A stretch of 63,725 nt of DNA, filler included, from Gemmatimonadota bacterium (GCA_003697105.1; 3 parts of 3 records of this genome joined end to end with filler, not necessarily neighbours in it), one strand, 5' to 3'; positions 41,246 to 50,858 are shown, counted from the whole stretch's first letter. Program-made: numbers and translations. The notes: generated by a model from the letters alone, not told the origin.

Positions 41246-41279
41246 CCGGGGTCTGGATACCCCCAGACTCCGGTTTTTT
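41246..41279 (+). terminator. Intrinsic terminator-like hairpin between the rhodanese and porin genes
   Basis: CCGGGGTCTGG...CCAGACTCCGG-TTTTTT. Confidence 0.7.
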
Positions 41280-41293
41280 CAAGGCGGTGAATC

Positions 41294-42496
41294 ATGATGA
41301 AAAAGATTATCAGTTTGATATGCCTGTTGTTGATAGTTGGTCTTTGGACTCAAGGCTGGAGCCAAACGTGGGAAACACGCGGGAAACTTACGACTGCGAT
41401 TTACGCGTTTGAAGATTCGATTCAGCACCAGCGGGTTTACGAAACTGTACGGTTTGAAGCAAAACATGACAAATTCCGGTTTAACTTTGCCGGACGTGCC
41501 ATGATGGATATGAATTCCGACGATGAAACCGACGATGAGCGGTTGCTCAAGGCGCACAGTGCCTCTATTTCGGGGGATGGGCTGTTCAATGGTCTGTTGG
41601 ATTTCACGGTGGGACGGCAGTTTTTGCACCCCGGCTTGGTGTTTGGCAGTCTGGATGGGGTGAATCTGGTTTGGCATCCCATGGAAAAGTTGGATTGGCA
41701 GATGTACGGTGGGGTAGAAAGCCACCTCTACCGGAGCTTTAAAATCTACAACAGTGATGATGCCACCGTTTACGGAACTGCCCTGCGCTACCGTGATGTG
41801 TTCAACTCCACCATTCAATTGGTCTATTTCAATAAAAGTACCGCGGATGAAACCCAATGGGAAATCGCCGGAGTGAATCTCAATAATCGCTCTCTGTCGT
41901 GGTTGAATCTCTCATTGCAAGCCCATAACGATCTGGTCAATGAGCGCCTACACCGGTTGTACGGGCAAGTCCGTCTCATCCCCTCAGAGCGCTACAATCT
42001 GGTTTTCCGGTACAAACAGCAATACCCGCAAGTTTACGGGGATTCATTCTTTAAAATTTTTGATATTAAACAATATGAGCAACTGAGTTTTGGCGCAAAT
42101 TACTTTATCACCGCTAAATACGCGCTCATGGCGGATTATCAGATGGTCAGTTTAGCTGATGGGGAAGGCAATGCCAATCGATTGTATATCACCCTTAGTG
42201 ATTTGAACGGGTCAATCGGGTTCATCTATGAAAGCGGGGATTTGGGTGATGAAACGGGATTTTTGTTTGATTATGGCTATGATGTCACGGAGAAGTTAAC
42301 CGTATCCGCGAGTGTGGACTTCTCGCGGTATCGTCTGGAAGAGGTTTATGATTACGAACGCCAAGTTGGAAATGCGTTTAAGCTGGCGTATAAATTCAGC
42401 AACAATCTGCGGGCAGATGTCGAATATCAATTTTTGAACAATTATGTGAAATACGAAGACCATCGACTTTTAGCTCACATCCATTTTATGTGGTAA
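41294..42496 (+). CDS. Outer-membrane beta-barrel (porin-like) protein
   Basis: Signal peptide; alternating aromatic-rich beta strands; GRQF and LDG motifs; C-terminal aromatic residue (HIHFMW); next to multiheme cytochromes. Confidence 0.75.
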   Translation: MMKKIISLICLLLIVGLWTQGWSQTWETRGKLTTAIYAFEDSIQHQRVYETVRFEAKHDKFRFNFAGRAMMDMNSDDETDDERLLKAHSASISGDGLFNGLLDFTVGRQFLHPGLVFGSLDGVNLVWHPMEKLDWQMYGGVESHLYRSFKIYNSDDATVYGTALRYRDVFNSTIQLVYFNKSTADETQWEIAGVNLNNRSLSWLNLSLQAHNDLVNERLHRLYGQVRLIPSERYNLVFRYKQQYPQVYGDSFFKIFDIKQYEQLSFGANYFITAKYALMADYQMVSLADGEGNANRLYITLSDLNGSIGFIYESGDLGDETGFLFDYGYDVTEKLTVSASVDFSRYRLEEVYDYERQVGNAFKLAYKFSNNLRADVEYQFLNNYVKYEDHRLLAHIHFMW

Positions 42497-42509
42497 AGAA
42501 GGTGAACCC

Positions 42510-43376
42510 ATGAAAAAACTTATCTATCTTGGAATTTGTGTCCTTTGGGGGATGGGGAGTGTGGCTGCCGCTACCGAAGCCTCGTTTTCACATAAGCTCC
42601 ATACCGGCATGGGGTTAGGTTGTGAGACGTGTCATGATGCCGCCTTCACTAGCGAAACATCTGCAGATGATCTCATTCCCAATTTTGATGAGGTCTGCTT
42701 GATGTGCCATGAAGCCAGCGATATTGCAAAAACCCAATTTGAGCCTGTTGCCTTCAAAGCCGATTTCCCGCATAAGAGTCACGCCACCAGCGCAGAGGAT
42801 TGCATGACCTGCCACCAAGGAATTGACCAAAAAGAGGCGACAGATGGCACATATCATCTGCCAACAGGGCAAACGTGCAACGGTTGCCATGCCGGTGCCG
42901 ACGTTGCCGAGCAAAAAGATGATTGTTACCAATGCCATAATCTGGAGATGGTGCTGATGCCAGCAAATCACACTGTTGGTTGGAAAAATGGGCACGGTAT
43001 GACCGTCCACATGGAGACCGCGGCCTCCTGCGGACACTGCCATAATACCGAAACCTATTGCACCAATTGTCATCAGGGAGATAATCTGGATGCCACAGTT
43101 CATCCACTAAATTACCGCAAAACACACGGGATTCGTGCCAAAGGGAATCAGGATAATTGCCAAACGTGCCATCAGGAACAAGCCTTTTGTGTGGATTGTC
43201 ATCGCTCGGAAATGGTTATCCCCTCCAACCATACGTACGCTAACTGGGTTAGTGCTGAAGGTGGGCGTCATGCTAAATCGGCACAGTATGACCTCGATAG
43301 GTGTATGAGTTGCCATAACGATGCCTACACCGAATCCGTTTGTATGGGATGTCATGCCACACCATCAGAGGATTAA
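42510..43376 (+). CDS. Periplasmic 11-heme cytochrome c
   Basis: Signal peptide; 11 CxxCH counted; FSHKLH/FPHKSH c3/c7-like starts. Confidence 0.92.
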   Translation: MKKLIYLGICVLWGMGSVAAATEASFSHKLHTGMGLGCETCHDAAFTSETSADDLIPNFDEVCLMCHEASDIAKTQFEPVAFKADFPHKSHATSAEDCMTCHQGIDQKEATDGTYHLPTGQTCNGCHAGADVAEQKDDCYQCHNLEMVLMPANHTVGWKNGHGMTVHMETAASCGHCHNTETYCTNCHQGDNLDATVHPLNYRKTHGIRAKGNQDNCQTCHQEQAFCVDCHRSEMVIPSNHTYANWVSAEGGRHAKSAQYDLDRCMSCHNDAYTESVCMGCHATPSED

Positions 43377-43391
43377 GGAAATCATTCCATC

Positions 43392-45914
43392 ATGCGAAAT
43401 ACCCTGATTTTCTCCATAGGACTTCTTATATATTTCGCCGCATTGAGCTGGGCACAGGTGGATGATGACGAGTGCCTGATGTGCCATAGTGATGACAGTG
43501 ACCCGGCGCTGTACGTGGATGTAAATCAATTTATTGATACCGTACACGAGGGGTTTAGCTGTACGGATTGTCACAGCGATATTGAGGAAATTCCCCATGC
43601 TGAAGAGGTCGCCCCAGCAAATTGCGGTTTTTGCCATGACGACGTCGTAACGGCATTTCAGGAGAGTTATCACGGGCAGGTATTGGCACAAGGTGATAAA
43701 AACGCCCCGACCTGCGGCAGTTGCCATAATCATCACCGGATTCTACCGGCAAGCCATCTCAACGCCCCAACCCATCCCCTAAAAACGGGTGTGATGTGCG
43801 GGCAGTGCCATAAACAAGATGGTTCGGATTGGATTCATCGGGAGGCGAATACCGGTGGTAAGGTCAATTGTATTACTTGCCACACCGCCCATGAGGTACA
43901 ACCAGCAAGCCATCCGCAATCGACGATCAACAGCCGGAAAATGACCCAAACGTGCCGGAAGTGCCATACCCAATTGGAAGAACTCCATGCTGGGAAGGTT
44001 CGGGCGGAGGTCTTTCAACGTCCGGTGGATGAAATACCCGCCTGCACCACCTGTCACCAGCCCCATGCCAGCGCGAAATCAACGGATTTAGCAACTGAAA
44101 CCTGTTTGGCATGTCATGGCGAGGGGGCGGATTCTACGCTGTATGTCAACCATGAACAACTCAATGAATCCATTCATTGCAACTTTGATTGTATTGATTG
44201 CCACACGTCCATTACCACGTTGCCCCATGCTGAGAAGCTTCCAGATGCCGATTGTAGCTTTTGCCATGAGGATGCGGTCGCGGATTATGAGATCAGTATT
44301 CATGCAGAAGGACGCCGAGCCGGACTAGAAGCCGCAACATGTACCGATTGTCACGGAGCGCACGATATTCAAGCGTGCGAGGAGACCAGTGCCCAAGCCA
44401 ACCGGATGAATTTATCTGAAACATGTGGGCGTTGCCACTCCCGCCCGGAGGTCATCGCCCTTTTTCACCGGAAAGGTAGCGACCCCATTGAAAATTATAA
44501 ACAGGGCGTTCATGGTAAAAAACTGGCAGATGATCCTTCTGCCACCGTAGCTACCTGTATTGATTGTCATGGTAGCCATAAAATTTTGCCGTCAACGAAT
44601 CCGGAGTCATCATTTAACATTTTAAACATCTCGAAAACATGCGGGAAATGCCATAAAGAGGAAAGTGCTGAATATACGGAAAGTATCCACTGGGAGGCGC
44701 TCTCTTTCGGACATTATGAATCTCCAACGTGTAATGATTGTCATGGGGAGCACAATATTATTTCCCCGGAGGCAGAGTACGCGGTAACCCACCCGACACT
44801 GGTTTCCACAGAATTGTGCGCCAAGTGCCATTCCAACGAGCTGATCATGTCCCGGTTTGGGCTGGACCCTACCCGGTTTAATTCCTATATGAAAACGTAC
44901 CATGGTCTGGCGATTTTGAAAGGTTCACCGGATGCTGCCAACTGTACCAGTTGCCATGAAGTACATGCCATCCGGGCAGCGAGTGATACATTGTCCAGTG
45001 TGCATCCTCGTAATCTGAATGAAACGTGCGGGAAATGTCATGAGAATGTGACGGCCAATTTCACCCAAATTGAGATGCACCCCCGCGATCAAAAATCGCG
45101 GAATCCGGTCGCTTATCTGATTAAAATCATCTATTTCTGGCTGATTGGTCTGACCATCGGTGGAATGGTCCTTCATAATCTTATCATCTTTTTGTATTAC
45201 GTGGTGAATAAATGGCGTAAAGAACGGAGTCAACGACTGGTTCAACGGTTTCACCTAATTGATGTGATCAACCATTTACTGCTTATCGTGAGTTTTACCG
45301 TACTGGTGGTGACCGGCTTTGCGCTCAAATTTCCCGAAGATTTATGGGTAAAAGCACTGGTACTCCTGGGCTTGACCGAGCCGATCCGTGCATCATTACA
45401 CCGAATGGCGGCGGTGATCCTTGTGATCAGTGCCATCAGCCAAGCCCTCTATTTTATCCTGCACCCCAGAGGACGACACGATTTGCGGGCACTGCGCCCA
45501 ACGATTAATGATCTAACCGGATTCTTCAAAAACATGATGTACTACTTGCGCTTGCGCAAAGATAAACCCAAATTCGACCGGTACGATTATACCGAAAAAG
45601 CCGAATATCTAGCACTGATTTGGGGGACTGCTGTGATGGCAATCACCGGATTTATCCTCTGGTTTCCGGCAATTTTTATGGCATATCTGCCCAGTTGGGC
45701 GTTTGAAGTGAGTGAAGTCGTCCATTATTATGAAGCATGGTTGGCAACACTGGCGATCCTCATTTGGCACGGCTTTTTTGTCTTTCTACACCCCGAAAAA
45801 TATCCGTTAAGTTTAACGTGGATTGATGGCAAAATCACTGAAGACGAGTTTGAGCATCATCATGCCTTAGAAGCTGAGCGATTAAAAGCGAAAGAGACGA
45901 AAGAATCCGAATGA
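43392..45914 (+). CDS. 19-heme cytochrome c fused to a C-terminal cytochrome b (FdnI-type) membrane domain; CbcL-like architecture
   Basis: 19 CxxCH counted; C-terminal TM region with His ligands (INHLL, LHRMA, EKAEYLALIWG, VHYYEA..A...I..WH). Confidence 0.9.
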   Translation: MRNTLIFSIGLLIYFAALSWAQVDDDECLMCHSDDSDPALYVDVNQFIDTVHEGFSCTDCHSDIEEIPHAEEVAPANCGFCHDDVVTAFQESYHGQVLAQGDKNAPTCGSCHNHHRILPASHLNAPTHPLKTGVMCGQCHKQDGSDWIHREANTGGKVNCITCHTAHEVQPASHPQSTINSRKMTQTCRKCHTQLEELHAGKVRAEVFQRPVDEIPACTTCHQPHASAKSTDLATETCLACHGEGADSTLYVNHEQLNESIHCNFDCIDCHTSITTLPHAEKLPDADCSFCHEDAVADYEISIHAEGRRAGLEAATCTDCHGAHDIQACEETSAQANRMNLSETCGRCHSRPEVIALFHRKGSDPIENYKQGVHGKKLADDPSATVATCIDCHGSHKILPSTNPESSFNILNISKTCGKCHKEESAEYTESIHWEALSFGHYESPTCNDCHGEHNIISPEAEYAVTHPTLVSTELCAKCHSNELIMSRFGLDPTRFNSYMKTYHGLAILKGSPDAANCTSCHEVHAIRAASDTLSSVHPRNLNETCGKCHENVTANFTQIEMHPRDQKSRNPVAYLIKIIYFWLIGLTIGGMVLHNLIIFLYYVVNKWRKERSQRLVQRFHLIDVINHLLLIVSFTVLVVTGFALKFPEDLWVKALVLLGLTEPIRASLHRMAAVILVISAISQALYFILHPRGRHDLRALRPTINDLTGFFKNMMYYLRLRKDKPKFDRYDYTEKAEYLALIWGTAVMAITGFILWFPAIFMAYLPSWAFEVSEVVHYYEAWLATLAILIWHGFFVFLHPEKYPLSLTWIDGKITEDEFEHHHALEAERLKAKETKESE

Positions 45915-46027
45915 TGAGATACATCTTAACTGGAGATGAAGACTGTTTTATGTGCCACGCTGACCCGGAATTGGTTACCGAACGAGATAGGCAGGAAATC
46001 TCATTACCCGTAGATTCAAAACATTAG
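45911..46027 (+). pseudogene. 38-aa remnant of another multiheme cytochrome N-terminus
   Basis: MMRYILTGDEDCFMCHADPELVTERDRQEISLPVD resembles DDECLMCHSD...LYVD of the upstream gene; no signal peptide. Confidence 0.55.
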
Positions 46028-46382
46028 GTATTGAAAGCCCGTTTTGGTCTGAAATAAAAGCGCCCACCGGCGTACACCACGCTTCGGAATATTATTCAGG
46101 GTGTCAATAAGATGTTGAATAATGAGACGATGAATGCCGGCAGCGAGTTGAAAACCTATTTCATCGGTGGGGTTTGAGGGAGGTTTTCCTTTTTGGTTGG
46201 GTACGGTTTTATTCTGTTCATTGAGAGCAGTTCGCAACCGGCATAACTACGATTATTTTGATTATCTATGTAATGTTGTTCGTGTATGGTTTAGGTGATG
46301 TTTTTTCAAGGTGTGACTTTTATCAAGGAGGGTGTGTGATGAAATGGCTGTTGCCTAGCATATTCGGTGGTTGAGCGGATTG

Positions 46383-46416
46383 AAAACCGGAGACATTTAT
46401 GAGTCTCCGGTTTTTT
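46383..46416 (+). terminator. Intrinsic terminator-like hairpin upstream of the NapC-like gene
   Basis: AAAACCGGAGAC...GTCTCCGGTTTTTT. Confidence 0.75.
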
Positions 46417-46492
46417 AGTTAAAGTGTACACAAATAAATGACTTAGTAAATTTTTATTATTATAAACTCTTTGAATAGGAAAGGTAGTGGGA

Positions 46493-48508
46493 ATGAGCGA
46501 AAAAAAAGTAAAGAAACCCCGCAACTGGAAAAAAATTGGGCTGATATCGGGTGCGGGGCTGGTGTTATTCGTGCTGTTGTTTGCCGGTTCGGTGCATTAT
46601 ACTTCTAAACCGTCGTTTTGCCGGACCTGCCATTACATGGAATCCTTTTATCAGAGTTGGAAAGAGTCTTCTCATAGCAATGTCACGTGTACAGATTGTC
46701 ACTATCCACCAGGACTAAAGTACAAACTTCGGGGCAAAATGGAAGGGTTAGTGCAAGTGGTCAAGTACACAACCCATGCCTACCGGAAATCCAAACCGTG
46801 GGCAGAAATCCCTGATGAAAGTTGTTTGCGTTCCGGCTGCCACCAGCGGCAGTTACTGGAAGGAAAGGGAGAAGAAGAGTTCAAAGGGGTTCATTTTAGC
46901 CATAAACCCCACCTAACCCAGCTCCGGCGCGGTAAAAAACTGCGTTGTACCAGTTGCCATTCCCAAATTGTTCAAGGATCACACATGGTGGTGACGGAAA
47001 ACACCTGTTTTGTCTGCCACTTTAAGAAAGGGGAAAAATACGAGGAACATAGTGAATGCCGGTTATGCCATACCGATGCGCGCATGTTGGCAAACTCGCA
47101 GGCAGGCACCCTCCGCTATGACCATACAATGGTCATCGAAAACAAAATGAACTGTCAGGAATGCCATAGCGAGACCATTTCCGGTGACGGCGCCGTACTT
47201 AAAGAACAATGTTTTGTCTGTCACTTTGAAAATGAACGGCTCGCCCGCTTTAACGATACGGATTTTCTACATAAAACCCACATCACCGACCACAAAGTTG
47301 AGTGTTTCCAATGCCATTTGCCGATTGAACATAAAATTTCCCACCGGGATATTGAGGCCGTGTCGGATTGTAAAACCTGCCATGAGCACACACACGTCCC
47401 TCAAAAAGATTTGCTAGCAGGTATTGGAGGAAAAGGTGTGGAATCCAAACCAAACCCGATGTTTGAAATCGGGTTGAATTGCCGGGGGTGTCATATTTTA
47501 CACGGATATTCCACTAACGAACTGGAAGAAGTCACCTACAAAGCCGATCCGCAAGCATGTGAGAAGTGTCATGGTAAAGGGTTCGGAAATTTGATGAAAC
47601 AATGGGAAACCATCACCGAAGCCAAAATCAACCGGTTAGAAAAATGGTACCAAACCGTTCGCACCAAGACCCGCACAGGGGATCGACAAACCGAGATCGA
47701 TGAACTTCTGGCGGCCGCTGAATTTAATATTGATCTAGTTAAGCAAGGCAAAAGTGTCCATAATGTGAGCTATGCCGACGCCCTGTTAAACACGGCGTAT
47801 GACAATATGAGCACCGCTTTGCAACTTGCCGGATCCACCTACCAATTACCGGCATCATTTAAGGAAACCTCCCAAAAAGTGCCATCAGATTGTGCCGCGT
47901 GCCATGCTAGTCTGCCAGTGAATGAGGTCAACATTTGGGGAATTTCATTCTCCCATGAGCGCCACGTGGTAAAACACGACTTACCCTGCCAAAAATGTCA
48001 CTCCAACATGAGACAGCACGGTGAATTGATTCTCAACCGGAAAAAGTGTTTGAATTGCCATCACCAAGAACAAAAGGAAAAAACTTGCAAGGATTGCCAT
48101 GAAGAAGCCGACGCCTTCTTCTACGGAACCACAACACTCGTCGCAGATGCGGAACCCGACCTGATGGCAGAGGTGCTGGACTGCTATTCTTGCCATTCTG
48201 GGAAAGGCGGTAAAATTGTTCGTCCCAGCGGGCAAACCTGTATCGATTGCCATGACGATGGATATGACGAACTGCTCGAAGAGTGGCAAGGGAACATCCA
48301 AACCCTATTGAGTGAAATCACAACACTGCGGAAACAGGTTAATGTGAAGGCGCTCAACGAATCACAGAAAAAACAATTAACCCGCATCGATCAGAAAATT
48401 GCGGCAGTAGATCAAGATGGAAGTTCCGGAATGCACAACTATTTTCTGATCGATTCCATGCTCACCCAAGTCAAGGAGGAATTGCAAGCATTACAACCCA
48501 GCAGCTAA
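46493..48508 (+). CDS. Membrane-anchored multiheme cytochrome c with NapC/NirT-like N-terminus (17 CxxCH + 1 Cx4CH)
   Basis: N-terminal TM; TSKPSFCRTCH.M...YQSWKESSH..VTCTDCH; motifs counted by eye. Confidence 0.9.
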   Translation: MSEKKVKKPRNWKKIGLISGAGLVLFVLLFAGSVHYTSKPSFCRTCHYMESFYQSWKESSHSNVTCTDCHYPPGLKYKLRGKMEGLVQVVKYTTHAYRKSKPWAEIPDESCLRSGCHQRQLLEGKGEEEFKGVHFSHKPHLTQLRRGKKLRCTSCHSQIVQGSHMVVTENTCFVCHFKKGEKYEEHSECRLCHTDARMLANSQAGTLRYDHTMVIENKMNCQECHSETISGDGAVLKEQCFVCHFENERLARFNDTDFLHKTHITDHKVECFQCHLPIEHKISHRDIEAVSDCKTCHEHTHVPQKDLLAGIGGKGVESKPNPMFEIGLNCRGCHILHGYSTNELEEVTYKADPQACEKCHGKGFGNLMKQWETITEAKINRLEKWYQTVRTKTRTGDRQTEIDELLAAAEFNIDLVKQGKSVHNVSYADALLNTAYDNMSTALQLAGSTYQLPASFKETSQKVPSDCAACHASLPVNEVNIWGISFSHERHVVKHDLPCQKCHSNMRQHGELILNRKKCLNCHHQEQKEKTCKDCHEEADAFFYGTTTLVADAEPDLMAEVLDCYSCHSGKGGKIVRPSGQTCIDCHDDGYDELLEEWQGNIQTLLSEITTLRKQVNVKALNESQKKQLTRIDQKIAAVDQDGSSGMHNYFLIDSMLTQVKEELQALQPSS

Positions 48509-48716
48509 TTTCCCGCTAAGACCCATACTGGGCGATATTTCAGCGAGCCATCATTCTTTTGAGGGAGCCGAATACCGCTGATACGGTGACAGTGGGTTTG
48601 TGGAGAACTCCTGTCACCGTATCACAACGGTTTCAGCGCACGACCGATCACCATCCCGCTCAGGATGGGTGTTGAAGACCTACCCAACCATCATCAAGCC
48701 AGGAGGTGACTTTTAG

Positions 48717-49463
48717 ATGAAGCAATCGCTTATGAAATTGCCCGAACCTTTTATCCGGCTGTTACTTGTTTTTATTGTTTTTGTAGGTTTTACGGTAGTC
48801 ACCTGGGCATATGTCATCCCGCCATCCCTGAAGGATCGCGCCTACCATAAATCAACAACTATTGAACGCGAGATGGCAAAACCGATTTCCTATGCCGGCT
48901 CGAGTATCTGTTTTGATTGCCATGAAGACACGTATGACACAAAAAGATCGGGAGCCCATTTGAATCTCTCTTGCGAAACGTGTCATGGGCCTTCGTGGTT
49001 ACATTCAGAAGACCCCCTTGAAGTGACACCAGAAGTACCCCGCGACCGACAAGGTTGCGCCCGCTGTCATGAGTACGATACCGCCCGTCCAACGGGTTTT
49101 CCGCAGGTCAATGTGGCAGCGCACAATCCCGATGACCCATGCATTTCGTGCCACAACCCACATGATCCCGAACCATTAGTTACACCAGAAGAATGTGAAT
49201 CGTGCCATGCCGAAATTGCCCGAACCAAAGCCGTCTCTCCTCACTCCTCCCTTGAATGTGTGACCTGTCATGAAACGCCAGAAGCGCATAAAATTACCCC
49301 TCGGGTGGTTCGACCCTCTAAACCCAACGCCAGAAGCGCCTGCGGTCAGTGCCATGCAGAAAATGCCGAGAATCCCAAAGCCCCCAAAATTAACATAACC
49401 ACGCACGAAGAAAAATATGTGTGTTGGCAGTGTCACTATCCCCATATGCCGGAGGTGAACTAA
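48717..49463 (+). CDS. Membrane-anchored octaheme cytochrome c
   Basis: N-terminal TM; 8 CxxCH; AGGAGG RBS. Confidence 0.9.
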   Translation: MKQSLMKLPEPFIRLLLVFIVFVGFTVVTWAYVIPPSLKDRAYHKSTTIEREMAKPISYAGSSICFDCHEDTYDTKRSGAHLNLSCETCHGPSWLHSEDPLEVTPEVPRDRQGCARCHEYDTARPTGFPQVNVAAHNPDDPCISCHNPHDPEPLVTPEECESCHAEIARTKAVSPHSSLECVTCHETPEAHKITPRVVRPSKPNARSACGQCHAENAENPKAPKINITTHEEKYVCWQCHYPHMPEVN

Positions 49464-50200
49464 TGGATCGACGAAATTTTTTAGGAAAGTTTACCGCCAG
49501 TGTCATTGCGTCTGGCGGTATTATCGGATGGTTGTTAAGCGGCTCTAAAGCCAAAGCCGCAACGCCGGAAGGATACAACCCCCAAGACCATTACTACGGA
49601 ATGGGAATCAATATTGACCAGTGCATCGGCTGTGGGCAGTGCATGGAAGCCTGTCGCACAGAAAATCATGTACCGACTGATTTCTTCTGCCGAACATGGG
49701 TGGAACGGTACACCTTCAAAACCGATGGGGAAGTGCTGGTAGAGAACATCGCCCATAATCCCGAAGCGATCACCGAAAAAGATATTTTACGGAGTTTTTT
49801 CGTCCCCAAATTGTGTAATCAGTGTGAAAACGCTCCCTGTGTTCAGGTTTGCCCCGTAGAAGCCACTTTTAAAACAGAAGATGGCGTCATCCTTGTGGAT
49901 GAAAATCGCTGCATCGGCTGCCGTTATTGCGTCCAAGCGTGCCCATACGGTGCCCGTTATATTCATCCGGAGAAACATGTCGCTGATAAATGTACGTTCT
50001 GCTACCATCGGATAACAAAAGGGTTATTGCCCGCTTGTGTGGAAGTTTGCCCCACCCAAGCCCGTGTCTTTGGTGATATGAAAAAAGGTGCAAGTCCATT
50101 GGCTCGGTTACGCCGGATGTTTAAAACCCACGTGCTAAAACCGGGTTTGAATACACAACCCAAAGTTTTTTACGCCAATCTTGATGGAGAAGTCAGATGA
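49463..50200 (+). CDS. Tat-exported NrfC/DsrO-like 4x[4Fe-4S] protein
   Basis: MDRRNFL twin-arginine signal; CIGCGQCMEAC, CNQCENAPCVQVCP, CIGCRYCVQACP, KCTFC. Confidence 0.93.
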   Translation: MDRRNFLGKFTASVIASGGIIGWLLSGSKAKAATPEGYNPQDHYYGMGINIDQCIGCGQCMEACRTENHVPTDFFCRTWVERYTFKTDGEVLVENIAHNPEAITEKDILRSFFVPKLCNQCENAPCVQVCPVEATFKTEDGVILVDENRCIGCRYCVQACPYGARYIHPEKHVADKCTFCYHRITKGLLPACVEVCPTQARVFGDMKKGASPLARLRRMFKTHVLKPGLNTQPKVFYANLDGEVR

Positions 50201-50717
50201 ATCCAGCCCATACCGAAAAATTTGCCGAATTATTGAAGCAAGTCTCAGGGTATATCTATCCCAACGAGATTGAAATCTACTGGTCAGTTTTGATCGTGGT
50301 TTACCCCTTTGTCACAGGGCTTGTTGCCGGCGCATTCATCTTAGCCTCGTTAGTGAAAGTGTTTAACATTAAAGAAGTTCAACCCACGTATCGCCTCTCC
50401 TTACTGACCGCTCTGGCATTTTTACTGGTTGCCCCCTTACCGTTACTCATGCATTTGGGGCATCCGAGCCGGTTTTACGAAATTCTGCTAACCCCCAACC
50501 CCACATCTGCCATGGCAATGTTTGGCTTTGTTTACGCCTGGTATTTAATGGTCGTCCTACTCTTGGAAATCTGGTTCGTGTACCGTAAAGATATGGTCCG
50601 GTGGGCGGAAACCGCCAAATTCCCGCTCAATTGGGTTTACCGCGTGCTGACACTATTCTCCAAAGATACCTCGGAGAGCACCCTTGCCTTTGATCAAAAA
50701 GCCGTAAAAGTTATCAC
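50197..50717 (+). CDS. NrfD/PsrC-family membrane subunit (3' truncated by gap)
   Basis: WSVLIVVYPFVTGLVAG, HLGHPSRF, TSAMAMFG. Confidence 0.88.
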
Positions 50718-50817
50718 NNNNNNNNNNNNNNNNNNNNNNNNNNNNNNNNNNNNNNNNNNNNTTAATTAATTAANNNNNNNNNNNNNNNNNNNNNNNNNNN
50801 NNNNNNNNNNNNNNNNN
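50718..50817. other. Assembly spacer (Ns with TTAATTAATTAA linker)
   Basis: N44-TTAATTAATTAA-N44. Confidence 0.98.
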
Positions 50818-50858
50818 AGTTCGGGAGTTGGGGAGTTTGACAAGTTCGGGAGTTGGGG
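50818..50858. repeat. Short tandem repeat array (GGGAGTT-core units), left arm
   Basis: AGTTCGGGAGTTGGGGAGTTTGACAAGTTCGGGAGTTGGGG at the contig start. Confidence 0.85.

Noticed and set aside
41279-45436. Numerous antisense and alternate-frame ORFs over the cytochrome genes (and elsewhere in the track)
   Set aside because: Shadow ORFs of well-supported genes, with no motifs of their own.
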